64,000 nt of DNA from positions 1 through 64,000 of the forward strand of contig NIVC01000344.1 in NCBI GenBank assembly GCA_002269645.1, written 5' to 3'. A program made the position numbers and the translations under genes. Source of the DNA: Macrostomum lignano. Lineage: Eukaryota. The notes under the pieces are model-generated. The model did not search any database and was not told the origin of the DNA. It saw nothing but the letters and a program-made list of their open reading frames with translations. How positions within the stretch are numbered: position 1 is the stretch's first letter; each line of letters opens with the position of its first letter. Positions 1 through 32,898 of the stretch are shown here, in pieces.

Positions 1-282
1 ACTGGAATTCTGGAATGCCAAGCGCATAAGAATCTCTACGGGTGCATCCAGTTTAATGTCCGGTTCTGTGATTCTTTCAGAGATCACTGCCTTCTCATCA
101 ATATTCGCAGGCATGGCTGCGGACGCACGCTCACAGCGGGGTGTACAATGGCCCTGACTTTCTACAGGCATGTGATCGACGCCATGTACACTTTCTGTGG
201 CTCATGGCTGTGAATCGCATGAATTCGTCTTTGCACGATTAACTTTCCTGCACACTAAGCTCCAAATTAATGTGGCCGCGCT

Positions 283-647
283 CTCTCTCTTCTCTCCTCT
301 CCCATCTCTCCTCTCCCTTCTTCCTCTCCTCTCTCCTCTCCTTCTCTCCTCTCCATTCTCTCCTCTCCCTTCTCTCCTCTCCTTCTCTCCTCTCCTTCTC
401 TCCTCTCCCTTCTCCTCTCCCTTCTCTCCTCTCCCTTCTCTCCTCTCCCTTCTCTCCTCTCCCTTCTCTCCTCTCCATTCTCTCCTCTCCCTTCTCTCCT
501 CTCCCTCTCTCTCTCCTTCTCTCCTCTTCCCATCTCTCCTCTCCCTTCTCTCCTCTCCCATCTCTCTCTCCCTTCTCTCGCTCTCTCCATCTCTCCTCTC
601 GCTTCTCTTCTCTCTCCTGGCCCTGGGTAAAAAGTTTGCCAACCATG
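283..647. repeat. CT-rich simple repeat ending in a hAT-like right terminal inverted repeat
   Basis: (CTCTCCTCTCCCTT)-like tract at 283-617, then AGTTTGCCAACCATG ending at 647, resembling the right TIR at 2208-2222. No left TIR or TSD found. Confidence 0.6.
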
Positions 648-1214
648 ATCTAAGGAGCACAATAAAAATGACCCATGAGCAACTCCAATTAAATTTTTAC
701 CACTTTCATTTATTTTAGCAATTTAGATGGGAACTTTCTCACGAAACCCTTTTATAATTAATGACGCAGAAGCTTCATAAAAAGATTTTGTACTAAGTAT
801 TAACCGACTTTTCCTGTTACTTTTTTAGTTTACACACTCTCTGTGTCCATCTGCGGAATTGCTGGGCTTGGTTCGTTAGAGAGGAAAATGCATATGCAGT
901 GCGGGCATTGTTTGTACCAATCCACAGTGCTTCGCAGTTTCGGTGGGGTGGGGGACAAGGAAAGTCCCATGCAGTGAAGGCTTCGTAAAATTGGCCCCTG
1001 GTGCCAAGTGCCAAGGTGTCAAGGAGCGCACGTACATGTAGTGTGAGATGGGTGTCACAGCTCGTATTTAAAAGCATAATTTCAATGAGCTCAAATATAC
1101 TCAGCAACAGTCATAAGTTCCAAACTACAAGCGAGATTATTTTTTCTCACTTTGCGAGTGACGCAGCTTACGCATTCGATAAGCGTATTGCACTTGGGGG
1201 TTGTCCAGGATGAC

Positions 1215-1385
1215 TTCCTAAAACGCAACATTTGAAAAGAGAATCCACCACAGACTGTTACGGAGCTGCGTCATGCCATTGAAAACGCTTGGCAGCAGCC
1301 TCCCCAGGACTTTCTGCACCGCCTCATCCTGGGGATGCACCGCAGAGTCGCTGCACTTCCGCATGCGAGGGGGATCATTATTGAT
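1215..1385 (+). mobile_element. Tc1/mariner transposase C-terminal fragment (degenerate)
   Basis: Translates as ...PPQTVTELRHAIENAWQQPPQDFLHRLILGMHRRVAALPHARG, matching the Tc1 C-terminal pattern L..A...W......I..LI.SM.RR..A...ARG. An in-frame stop lies upstream. Confidence 0.65.
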
Positions 1386-1870
1386 TCAATCAACTTTCCC
1401 TTTCTCGGGGCGGCTTTGTTGCGTAACTTGAGGGTTGAATTGTGAGTGAGAATTTGTCGCAATAAAGAAGAAAAACAATTCATCTCACTTGGAGGGTGGA
1501 ACTTTTGATTGTTCCTGAGGCTGAATTTAATATAATAGTTTTGAAAAACTCAGTAAGAGATTCCATGAGAATGGCCATAGACACTCGGTCCTTATTGGTA
1601 GAAAGCGGAAACTCCTTAAATATGATAATGCAACGAAAGGCAGATTATTGTAATGCATAAAGCATAATCGCTTCATATTTGCATGTTGGAGACCACCTGG
1701 GTGCAGGGCCGGAGGCAAAAGCGGTGCTAGCTATGCTGGCTGGCGGGCGGTGGTGGACTCTCCATCCTGGTCACCTTTGCGTCAGTGCATGTAAGTCCCT
1801 GCTACAGTAGCAAATTGTATTCCTTTTTACGACCCTTCTTATCTGCTTAGGGAGGGTATTAAGTTTAGGT

Positions 1871-2222
1871 CATGGGGTCGGCAACCTCCGGCCCGCGAAG
1901 CCTCTCTATCTGGGCCTTTGAAACTTCACAATAGCAATCCGGCCTGCTCAAGTTTTGTGTCTCCTCTCAGCTCTCTTCTCTCTAATCTACTCTCTAATCT
2001 CTTTTCTCATCTCTCTCCCCTCTCTCTTCTCTCCCTCTTTCCCCTCCTCTTCTCTCCCTCTCTCCCCTCATCTATCCTCATACGAGTGCTAACTTCTCTT
2101 TTATCTCTTCTCTCATCGATCCCTCGCCTCTCCTTTCCTGTCTCATCTCTCATATTCTTTTCTCCTGCATTTCCACTCTCATCAGGCTAGCAGTCTTGAG
2201 CTGGAATGTTTGCCGACCCCTG
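1871..2222. mobile_element. Non-autonomous hAT (Charlie/Buster-like) MITE with CT-rich interior
   Basis: TIRs CATGGGGTCGGCAAC / GTTTGCCGACCCCTG. Perfect 8-bp TSD GTTTAGGT at 1863-1870 and 2223-2230, with the central TA typical of Buster/Charlie hATs. Confidence 0.85.
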
Positions 2223-2725
2223 GTTTAGGTCCTCATCAATGGGGAAAGCATGCAGGAGGCTGAGGTGTGAGTATTGGGGGGGGGTGGGAACATGTGGGCA
2301 GGGGAGGAAAAGCGTGTGTTTATTTTTCCCAGTCACCATGGTGATTGCTTGCTTTCCCATTCCTCTCAATCCATCCATCTATTCTCTTTCTATCCCGTGC
2401 GACTCACTCGCCCCCCCCTCTGAGCAGCGTACTCTCTCCTGCATTCCTGATCGAACTGGAATTCCCATCACTGAAGTGCATGACTCAAGAGTTCGTGTCT
2501 CACTTTCACCTTTCACAGTTGAATTTGTCAGACAGGTATTAAAAGATTTACTATATACCTACTTATGCTTATTGTCAGGGCCGTCGCCACCAGAGGGACA
2601 GGCAGGACATGTGCCCCCCCCGTAAAAGCTTTGGGGGGGGGATATGTTAATGCTTTCCCCCACCTCACCTCAGGACCCGATATGGAAATCAATAATTTTG
2701 CTTCAGGGCGCTGAAAATTATAGCC

Positions 2726-2990
2726 TGCGGCGCCAAAATGAGTGCCTGCGGCGCCAAAATGAGTGCCTGCGGCGCCAAAATGAGTGCCTGCGGCGCCAAA
2801 ATGAGTGTTCTGCGGCGCCAAAATGAGTGTCTGCGGCGCCAAAATGAGTGTCTGCGGCGCCAAAATGAGTGCCTGCTGCGCCAAAATGAGTGCCTGCTGC
2901 GCCAAAATGAGTGTCTGCGGCGCCAAAATGAGTGTCTGCGGCGCCAAAATGAGTGCCTGCTGCGCCAAAATGAGTGTCTGCGGCGCCAAA
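2726..2990. repeat. 20-21 bp minisatellite (GCGGCGCCAAAATGAGTGYCT)
   Basis: Direct tandem copies visible. Confidence 0.95.
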
Positions 2991-2992
2991 AT

Positions 2993-3720
2993 AAGGAATT
3001 TAGTCATGTACATGTAGGAATTTAGTCATGTACATGTAGGAATTTAGTCATGTACATGTAGGAATTTAGTCATGTACATGTAGGAATTTAGTCATGTACA
3101 TGTAGGAATTTAGTCATGTACATGTAGGAATTTAATCATGTACATGTAGGAATTTAATCATGTACATGTAGGAATTTAATCATGTACATGTAGGAATTTA
3201 ATCATGTACATGTAGGAATTTAATAATGTACATGTAGGAATTTAGTCATGTACATGTAGGAATTTAATCATGTACATGTAGGAATTTAATCATGTACATG
3301 TAGGAATTTAATAATGTACATGTAGGAATTTAGTCATGTACATGTAGGAATTTAATCATGTACATGTAGGAATTTAATAATGTACATGTAGGAATTTAGT
3401 CATGTACATGTAGGAATTTAATCATGTACATGTAGGAATTTAATCATGTACATGTAGGAATTTAATCATGTACATGTAGGAATTTAATCATGTACATGTA
3501 GGAATTTAATCATGTACATGTAGGAATTTAATCATGTACATGTAGGAATTTAGTCATGTACATGTAGTAATTTAATCATGTACATGTAGGAATTTAGTCA
3601 TGTACATGTAGGAATTTAGTCATGTACCTGTAGGAATTTATTCATGTACATGTAGGAATTTAGTCATGTACCTGTAGGAATTTATTCATGTACATGTAGG
3701 AATTTAGTCATGTACATGAA
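2993..3720. repeat. 22-bp minisatellite (TAGGAATTTARTCATGTACATG), about 33 copies
   Basis: Direct tandem copies, each containing the palindrome CATGTACATG. Confidence 0.95.
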
Positions 3721-4189
3721 GAATTCCTGACTTCGTTCCCCCTCCAGCATCAAATCCATGGTGACACCCCTGCTTTATTGTTGTTGGTTAAGTACAGAGT
3801 GACCGTTCGTGTATCGGATGGATGCTAAGGTGCACTTCAATTCTAAAAATAGTAGCTGGCCTCTGCCAGCTCGCCTTCTTCAGCCATAGCGTAGTCAAGG
3901 ACTCAATAAAAATTCCAATTAAAATATCAAGCTCTAACTAGACTTTATTGGATTATAAACGGAAGTTTTGTTTGAATTGGCAAAATTATTGCAATAAAAA
4001 TCCAGTTCAAACCGGATCTCCTGTACACCCGTGAGCTCATCAAGTTTACAGCCTTAGTCCTGTGCGCTCTATACCTGCTTGAATCCTCTCTGCTTAGTGG
4101 AGTGCAGGGATATCTAAGTCTGGGTATGCTGTATCCACATGAGTGTGACATGGGCAATATCCAACTTTCTGCTCTAGCTCGTAGTCTCT

Positions 4190-4790
4190 CCTCCTCTCCT
4201 CTCATTTAATCTCACCTCATCTCGTCTCATCTCGTCTCACCTTGTTTTCATCTAATTTCCTCTAATCTCGTCTCATCTAATCTAATCTCATTTCATCTCA
4301 TCTCATCCAATCTCATCTCATCTCATCCAATCTCATCTCCTTTCATCCCATCTCATCTCATCCAATCTCATCTCATCTCATCCAATCTCATCTCATTTCA
4401 TCCAATCTCATCTCATCCAATCTCATCTCATCTCATCCAATCTCATCTCATTTCATCCAATCTCATCTCATCCAATCTCAACCAATCTCATCTACAATCT
4501 CATCTCATCTCATCCAATCTCATCTCATTTCATCCAATCTCATCCCATTCAATCTCATCTCATATCATCCAATCTCATCTCATTTCATCCGATCTCATCC
4601 CATCCAATCTCATCTCATCTCATCCAATCTCATCTTATTTCATCCAATCTCATCTCATCCAATCTCATCTCATCTCATCCAATCTCATCCCATTCAATCT
4701 CATCTCATATCATCCTATCTCAACCAATCTCATCTACAATCTCATCTCATCTCATCCAATCTTATCTAATTTTTAATCTAATCTCATTAC
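4190..4790. repeat. (ATCTC/ATCCA)n pentamer-based simple repeat
   Basis: Visible in sequence. Confidence 0.9.
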
Positions 4791-5274
4791 ATCTTCTGTT
4801 CTTTCCTCTCCTGCCCTCTCCGCTCTAGCTACTAAGTAGCTGTCCTCTAACTGAGCAACGCTATCTGCATATTTTAAAAGTTCAGTCCCACTTCAACAAA
4901 GCCAGAACCAGCTGCTGGCAGCCGATGAGGGAGTGGCATTAAACCAGTTTTACTGCTCACAGCCCAGACAACGCACCCGCCTCCTGAAACAAGTCAACAT
5001 TTCGAGCCCGCCACCCCCTTCAGTTCTCTCTCTCTCCCTCACTACCCATTCTGCTTCTGCATTGTCCAATGGCGCATTGCCGCCGTGCAGTACCTGGCCC
5101 GGACCCCCCCCCCATCGCTCACACAGTCCGCTCTCACGGCCGAGTATATCTACCCTGAGCAACTGGCAACCCAGCTGCTTTAGTCATTTTCCTGCTCCAT
5201 TTCCCAGTGCTTCCTTCACGTTCCTCCCCTCCTTCAGCCAGCAGAGGCTCGAGAGTGAGAACATCGGTGAGGCA

Positions 5275-26838
<21,564 letters not shown>

Positions 26839-28231
26839 CCAGAGCGACGCCGAAAGAAAACAGACAAGATAAATATTGTCCACGCATCCCGTTGATGTAT
26901 AAAATTTGCTTTTTATGCACCATTTTAATTTTTAACCCCGTTTGTAAAATGTACACTTGATATGGTTTTATATCTTTTTGCCAAAAATTCAATGATGTGA
27001 TACAAACTTTTCTGCGTTTGACATTACAAAAAACTATTGTGGCCTCCTTGCGAATTTTCGAACGATCTTTTATTTCATAAATATTGTTTTAGAAATTGTT
27101 TCTGAACATATCGTTGCTTGAGCAGAAGAAAATCTGCAAAAGATCATTTCAGCTGTGAAATTTTAAGTTGTCAGACATTCATTTCTGGTTTATTTTGCGC
27201 TGAAATTGGCGCCAATTTAAAATATAAATTCGGCATGCAGCCGATACCGTATATTTCTTGTCCGCCTTACAAAACGATATTTTGTTGTTTAACTTTCTTT
27301 CGAAACCATGCTGTACTGAAACTGGCTTTAGCAATTGCTGTTTGCAAAGTCAGCAATTGCTGACATCCGTCAACTGGATGCCAGCGGCTTCAACTGGCGC
27401 AGCAAAGTGGGTCCTGGCCCTCCGGCACACGCATGAGAAGTAACCTGGCTTCCCTCACTTTCGACAGGTGCCCTCAGGGCGCGGTAGTCGGTTGAATTTT
27501 GCCCACAACGCTGACAACGCTGAGATCGTAAGTTCCACGGCATTCTAAACCTTCAGGATTGAGGATTGTTGAGAGCATCAGCAGCAGAGATAGGTGCTGT
27601 GGTTCATGGTGACTTGTCGATCACCGATGCTCGGTAAAAAATTTGCTGACTGACAATTCCTGACTCACTTCACGCTCCAGCTAAGCCAATCGGTGCGAAA
27701 GGGGGCTTCACGAGGCGAAACTGCATCCCTAAATTTAAGGCAGACGAGCAATCCATGGTTTTATTCATCCATGGATGAGGCCTGAAGCGCTGAGCCTGAC
27801 TATAATACCATATTAATCTTGACATACTAAATAGCATAGCTACATAGTCCTGCCTGGTCAATAATATCACTTTGCAAACAGCAATTGCCAAACCCAGTTT
27901 CTGTACAGCATGGTTTCGAAAGAAAGTTCAACAGGAAAACATCGTTTTGTAAAGCGGTCAAGAAATATACGTTATCGGCTGTATTCCGAATTTATATTTT
28001 AAGTTGGCACCAATTTCAGCGCAAAATAAACCAGAAATGAATGTCTGACAAACTCAAAATGTTACAGCTGGAATGAGTTTTGCTGATTTTCTTCTGCTCA
28101 AGCAAAGATATTTTGATAAATAACTTACAATTAAAAACTTTCAAGTTACAAATAAATATGGCATATCCATCAAGTTTGTTTATTGACGGTAATTTCGGAC
28201 AATATCCTTCTTTGCGTTTCTCTTGCCTTGT

Positions 28232-29382
28232 CTAAATCTGGCACATCATAGCTGACTGCTGCTTCAGTAGCTGAAAAAGCAGAAACAGAGGCAGTACAGC
28301 GATCAGCCAGTTTGCGACCCTGTTATTGCTGGCGTCCTTGGTCTCGGCGTCGGGTCGTTTGGGGCCTATGGGCGGCTGCTGTGGTGGTAGCGCTGGAGTG
28401 AAATTAGGAAGATTAAAAGGGCGTATTGTACTCGAATTCGATTTAGGTTGAAGCGCTACGTAGCTGAGATATAGTAAAGTGCATCCAGTGGGGTGAAGGC
28501 AGACAGTGACGTGGTGAGACAGTGAGACGGTGGGTGAGTAATTGAGTAAGACGGTAAAAGAGCCAGAGAGTGATATAGTGATACAGTGTGAGACAGTGAG
28601 ACTACGAGACTGATTAAGATAGCGGGGAAGAGAGACGCAGTCAGAAGGGACTTAGACAGTGCGACGATGGGAGACAGAGTGAGACTGTGCGACGGTGGAA
28701 TGAGACACACTTCCATTGCAAGGCTTTTTCGAAAAATTACTGACAAAATAATTCACTTACTGGCGTTGGAGCCCGGAGGTACAGTAGGCGGAGGCGGAGG
28801 CGGAGGCGGTGCGGGTTTCGGTTTGCCTGAAATTTGAGTTGCGTGTCTTGCTGGAGAGACATGAAACTGGCTGGAGAGGGCTGGAGAGGGCTGGAGAGGC
28901 TGGAGGGGCTGGAGAGGGCTGGAGAGGACTGGAGTGGGCTGGAGAGGGCTGGAGGGGCTGAAGGGGCCGGAGAAGGGCTGGAGAGGGCTGGAGTGGGCTG
29001 GAGAGGGCTGGAGAGGGCTAGAAAGGGCTGGAGAGGGCTGATGAGGGCTGGAGAGGGCTGGAGAGGGCTGGAGAGGGCTGGAGAGGGCTGGAGAGGGCTG
29101 GATAAGGGACTGGAGAGACGGAGAGATGGGAGGAAGGAGTATCGGATAAATGGAGAGCAAGGGATACGAGTACGTTGGGATTTGGACTGGGTCAGGCGGA
29201 AAGTAGGATGTGGGGAGTTGGAGCGGGTCTGGGCAAGACGGGTATTTGACTGGAGTTGAGTAGACACGCAGCAGATCCGAGTTCAGTCGGCCTGACTTAC
29301 TTTTCTTGGAAGATGAACACGCCTCACTGCAGAGCAGTGCTGCAGCAAGACAGCTCAGAAGCAGCAGCCATCGGACAGACAT
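28232..29382 (-). CDS. Mini-gene A: 102-aa signal-peptide, Pro-rich, GPI-signal-like protein (3 exons)
   Basis: Exons 29382-29301, 28826-28761, 28392-28232, all joined in phase 1 (GTAAGT donors, YAG acceptors). MSVRWLLLLSCLAAALLCSEACSSSKKSKPKPAPPPPPPPPTVPPGSNATLPPQQPPIGPKRPDAETKDASNNRVANWLIAVLPLFLLFQLLKQQSAMMCQI*. An alternative in-frame acceptor 24 nt upstream of exon 2 is possible. Confidence 0.75.
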
Positions 29383-29879
29383 CTTCAATGCAGAAAAAGC
29401 AGCAGAAGCGCTTTGTACTCGAAAGCTTGAGATGTCAAATTCGACTGACGACAAAAGTTTTCTGCAAAGTCGGTCTTCGCTCCGAGGGTGAGACCAAACG
29501 TTTGCGAGCCTCTTAGCTGCTGAGCTGCGGCCACAGACAGTTCTGTACAAAGCGATTCCTGTCTCGCTAGCAGCGTCAGAGGGACGACGATTGTCTATGG
29601 CAAAACGGGCCATACGGGCACGCGGAGCCGTGCACTTTTATTGCAGTGCAAGGTTTGACGGTTTTCAAGTGTAACAGCTTTTTTAAGAGAATCTTTGAGC
29701 CTGCAGTCTTAATCAGTCAAAGGATCATCTAAAGGAGTTCTTGAACCTGAGAGAAGGAAATCGATTCACAAAAGTCAAGTTTTTTATTTAGTTAGGAATG
29801 CCAAAGGGTCCTTGAACTGCCAACTTATTCGGATCGGCAGTTATTTTCCTGCAGTCGAAAAGGCAAAAAATTGATCCAA

Positions 29880-32423
29880 TTTTACAGGCCGCGATCGCGA
29901 TAATGATGCAGGGATGTCGAGGTTGCACGGCCGAGCACGCTGGTGCCGGTCCCTGGGACGATGATGAAGCTGGCACGCCGGACCATTGAGCCAACCGAAA
30001 CCTGCAGGCTGCGGGCTCCCACAGTGCGCAGAGGTTTAGCTGATCGAAATGAGAAAATCTTCTTTGTCGTCGGCTGCAGGCCTGGGGGTCCCGGGAGCTC
30101 TCGCCAGGCTGCCTCGGTGAGGATGTTACAGTCGGCTCCGCTGTCCACCATGTGATAAATAGGCAATTAGATAATAGCATGCACGGTGAGCAATTATTTA
30201 GGCCCTAGACAAACCTACTTGGAGCGTCAGAGATTTTAAAGCTATTAATCCTAATCGCCTATCGCCGGTCGGCGAGTCCTACCAGTCTTTCTCCAATAGC
30301 CGCAGGTACAGTACAAGAAAATAAAGAACACGAGGGAACGCGAACCGAAAGATTTAGAGAGTGATAATCCTATATGATACAAACTGATAATTGGCTAGAC
30401 GATTTAATTTGATACTCAAGTTACAGGATTCAAGCAAATTCGCGACGCAGATAATTAGACTGATGATAACGAATAGTAACGATTAATAATAATGATTATA
30501 TACGCACTGACAAGCGGATCTCAGCTGAGAAGAAGAAGGAGGCACCGAACACAGGACCACGGAGAAGACTCCTAACCCCTGGCCTAAGCCAGAACCTACT
30601 CTCAAACGAGAGCCCTGCCGAATCGACCGTTCAACGGAGTACCGACTAAATTCTATCGGCACTGCCCTTCAGTGTAACACTGAGGCCCTCGGGGTCGAGG
30701 CCGCGTACTTGATCAGATCCGACAGTCACTATCTAACCGCGCTTGATAGCGACGACTTCAGACAGAAATTTGCCGTAGACGTTACGCCACAAGACTACTG
30801 CGGTTGGGCGGGAACAAAAATATGGACCGGGGGTGATAAATTCAGGCGCCTCAAAGCGCGAACCAACAAGAGAGGAGAAATCGGGCCACCGGCCGGGAAC
30901 TGGACAAGACAAAACCGGGGAAAGGGAGCAAGCGAGATCCGATTGCCAAAACACACTTTCATATATAGTCAGAGTCACAACCCCTCAAAACCCCCCTCAA
31001 GCCGGGTGGTGGTCGTCTGGCCGGCCGCCTGCTTAAGCCGAATTGCACTGTGCCCGCGGCGCCGGGTAGAATTGAAACTTGCCGCGTGCCAGGGTCCAGG
31101 CCGGTTCTGATTGGCTGGCCGCGCAAAGCTGGGGTTCGCAGACAAACTCAACCCTCCGCTGAGTCACAAACGGCGTCTAACTCTAACCTGTTTACGCAAA
31201 ATTGATTCTAACTAACAAGGAAAAAGTACACCAAAAACGTATGACTAAACTAAAGCAAAATAACAATTCAATAACAATATAGAAACTAATGCAGTCAATT
31301 TACAACAAAATACACGCAAAGATGCTCACACTACAACCAGCACCTGCACTGGAGTCGCTTCTACCAGCACCGTGGCAAGAGCCGCTGTTGCGTTTTTGTC
31401 AGAGGCCATCACGGTCAGGCAGAAGACGTCGTCCTCTTCGTCCGAACTGTCGCTGCCGACCCGCAGAGCTCGCACGTCCTCCGGCCGGGACAGGCAGGCC
31501 TTGGCGAGGTGATTCGGCTTGCCGCATCGGTTGCAGGTCTTGCCTACCGCTGCGCTGCAGCTGCGGTGGCCGAAGTTGCCGCAGCGGATGCACTTTGGCT
31601 GCGTGCGATCGGCTGCCTGCGTGGCTGATCTCTGCGGCTGCTCTGGCGGGCTGGACTCGCGCTTGCGCAGCCGCTGCACGGTCGCTGCGCTGGTCTCCAT
31701 GAGGCTGGCCTGCGCCTCTGCTGCCTCCATGGCCCTGGCCACCCGGACCGCCTGGCCCAGGTCCACGTTGTCCATGGCCAGCAGCTTCCTGCGGAGCTGC
31801 TCGGAGCTGCAGCCGGCGATCAGCTGGTCGCGGATCAGCGAGTCCCGGAGGCCTTCGAATTTACAGCAGTCTGCGGTGTTGTTGAGCCGCCGCAGCCAGT
31901 CGTCCAGGGACTCTCCGGTCTGCTGGGTGCACAGCCGGAACTGGTAGCGGGTGAAGGGCAGGTTGAGCTGGCTGGTGAAGTGCTCATTGAGAGCCTTGAT
32001 GAGCTTGTCGACGTCATCACTGGTGTCGGCGAGTCCGGCTGCAATGGCCTGCAGGTCCTCGCCCGCTGTGTATAGAAGGAGTTGGCGAAGTCGCTTCTTG
32101 TCAGAGATGTCAGCAGCCGCGGCGAACAGCTGGAACTGAGCCAGCCACTTGCTCCACTTCGTATGTGCCGCATGGGGCTCTTCGCGCAAGTTCAATGTGG
32201 GTGGTGTGGGTAGGCTTGCTCGCGACGCAATTGTAGTGCGCTTGTGTGCTGAGAAAATGATGGTCTCATGGACCGTATATTTGAGCTACTATATAGTATC
32301 ACTGCCGACGTGCGGCTACAATGTTACGCAATAGTTGAGGGACAAGTGGCAGTGCACGTTGGTCGAGAGGGCTATGGTTAGTCATCACAGAAGAGTAAAG
32401 GCATAGACTGGGCGTACACTACA
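29880..32423 (-). mobile_element. 3'-truncated Ty3/Gypsy LTR retrotransposon: 5' LTR, gag with zinc knuckles, protease
   Basis: LTR 32232-32423 with TGTAGTG...CACTACA ends, followed by a PBS-like TTGCGTCGCGAG. Gag ORF 32195-31336 (WSKWLAQF..., CIRCGNFGH, CNRCGKPNHLAKAC). Retropepsin VDSGADCN at 30150-29882. No RT, integrase or 3' LTR. Confidence 0.9.
30151..31335. mobile_element. Solo LTR (1185 bp) nested in the Gypsy gag-protease junction
   Basis: TG...CA ends. 4-bp TSD ACCA at 30147-30150 and 31336-31339. Removing it restores the in-frame QVL-VDSGA. Confidence 0.85.
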
Positions 32424-32898
32424 ATACTGTAAACTTATGCTTGGCATACAAATAGACTAAATAGCATAGCTACATAATCCTTCCTGGTCAATAATATCAC
32501 TTTGCAAACAGCAATTGCCAAACCCAGTTTCTGTACAGCATGGTTTCGAAAGAAAGTTCAACAGGAAAACATAGTTTTTAAAGGCGGTCAAGAAATATAC
32601 GTTATCGGCTGCATGCCGAATTTATATTTTAAATTGGCGCCAATTTCAGCGCAAAATAAACCAGAAATGAATGTCTGACAACTTAATAGTTCCCAGCTGG
32701 AAAGATTTTTTGCAGATTTCTTGAACAAGAACACAGATTATTCTGTATCACATCATTCAAATTTTGACAAACAAGTGAAACTAAACAAATTCATTTTTGT
32801 CATTAAGTTACAAAAAATGCTATATTATCAATTTTATCCATCCACGGAATTCGTGGACAATATCTCATTCTGTGCGTCTTTTGTCGGCTTTGTTTTGG

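Larger units (their letters stand above)
2576..3772. mobile_element. Non-autonomous hAT-like element carrying two minisatellites
   Basis: Imperfect TIRs CAGGGCCGTCGCCA / TGGTGACACCCCTG. Near-TSD CTTATTGT (2568-2575) vs CTTTATTGT (3773-3781). Confidence 0.6.

Noticed and set aside
197-718. Leu/Ser/Pro-rich or Arg/Glu-rich ORFs here and at 2528-3025, 7395-8564, 9035-9676, 12134-12661, 25249-26610, 51333-51806 and 58908-60171
   Set aside because: All are translations of micro- or minisatellites.
28737-29613. Long single ORFs over the mini-genes (also 42025-42645, 46700-47357)
   Set aside because: They read through introns made of stop-free CTCTCCAGCC repeats. Conserved GTAAGT donors and YAG acceptors in all paralogs support the spliced models.
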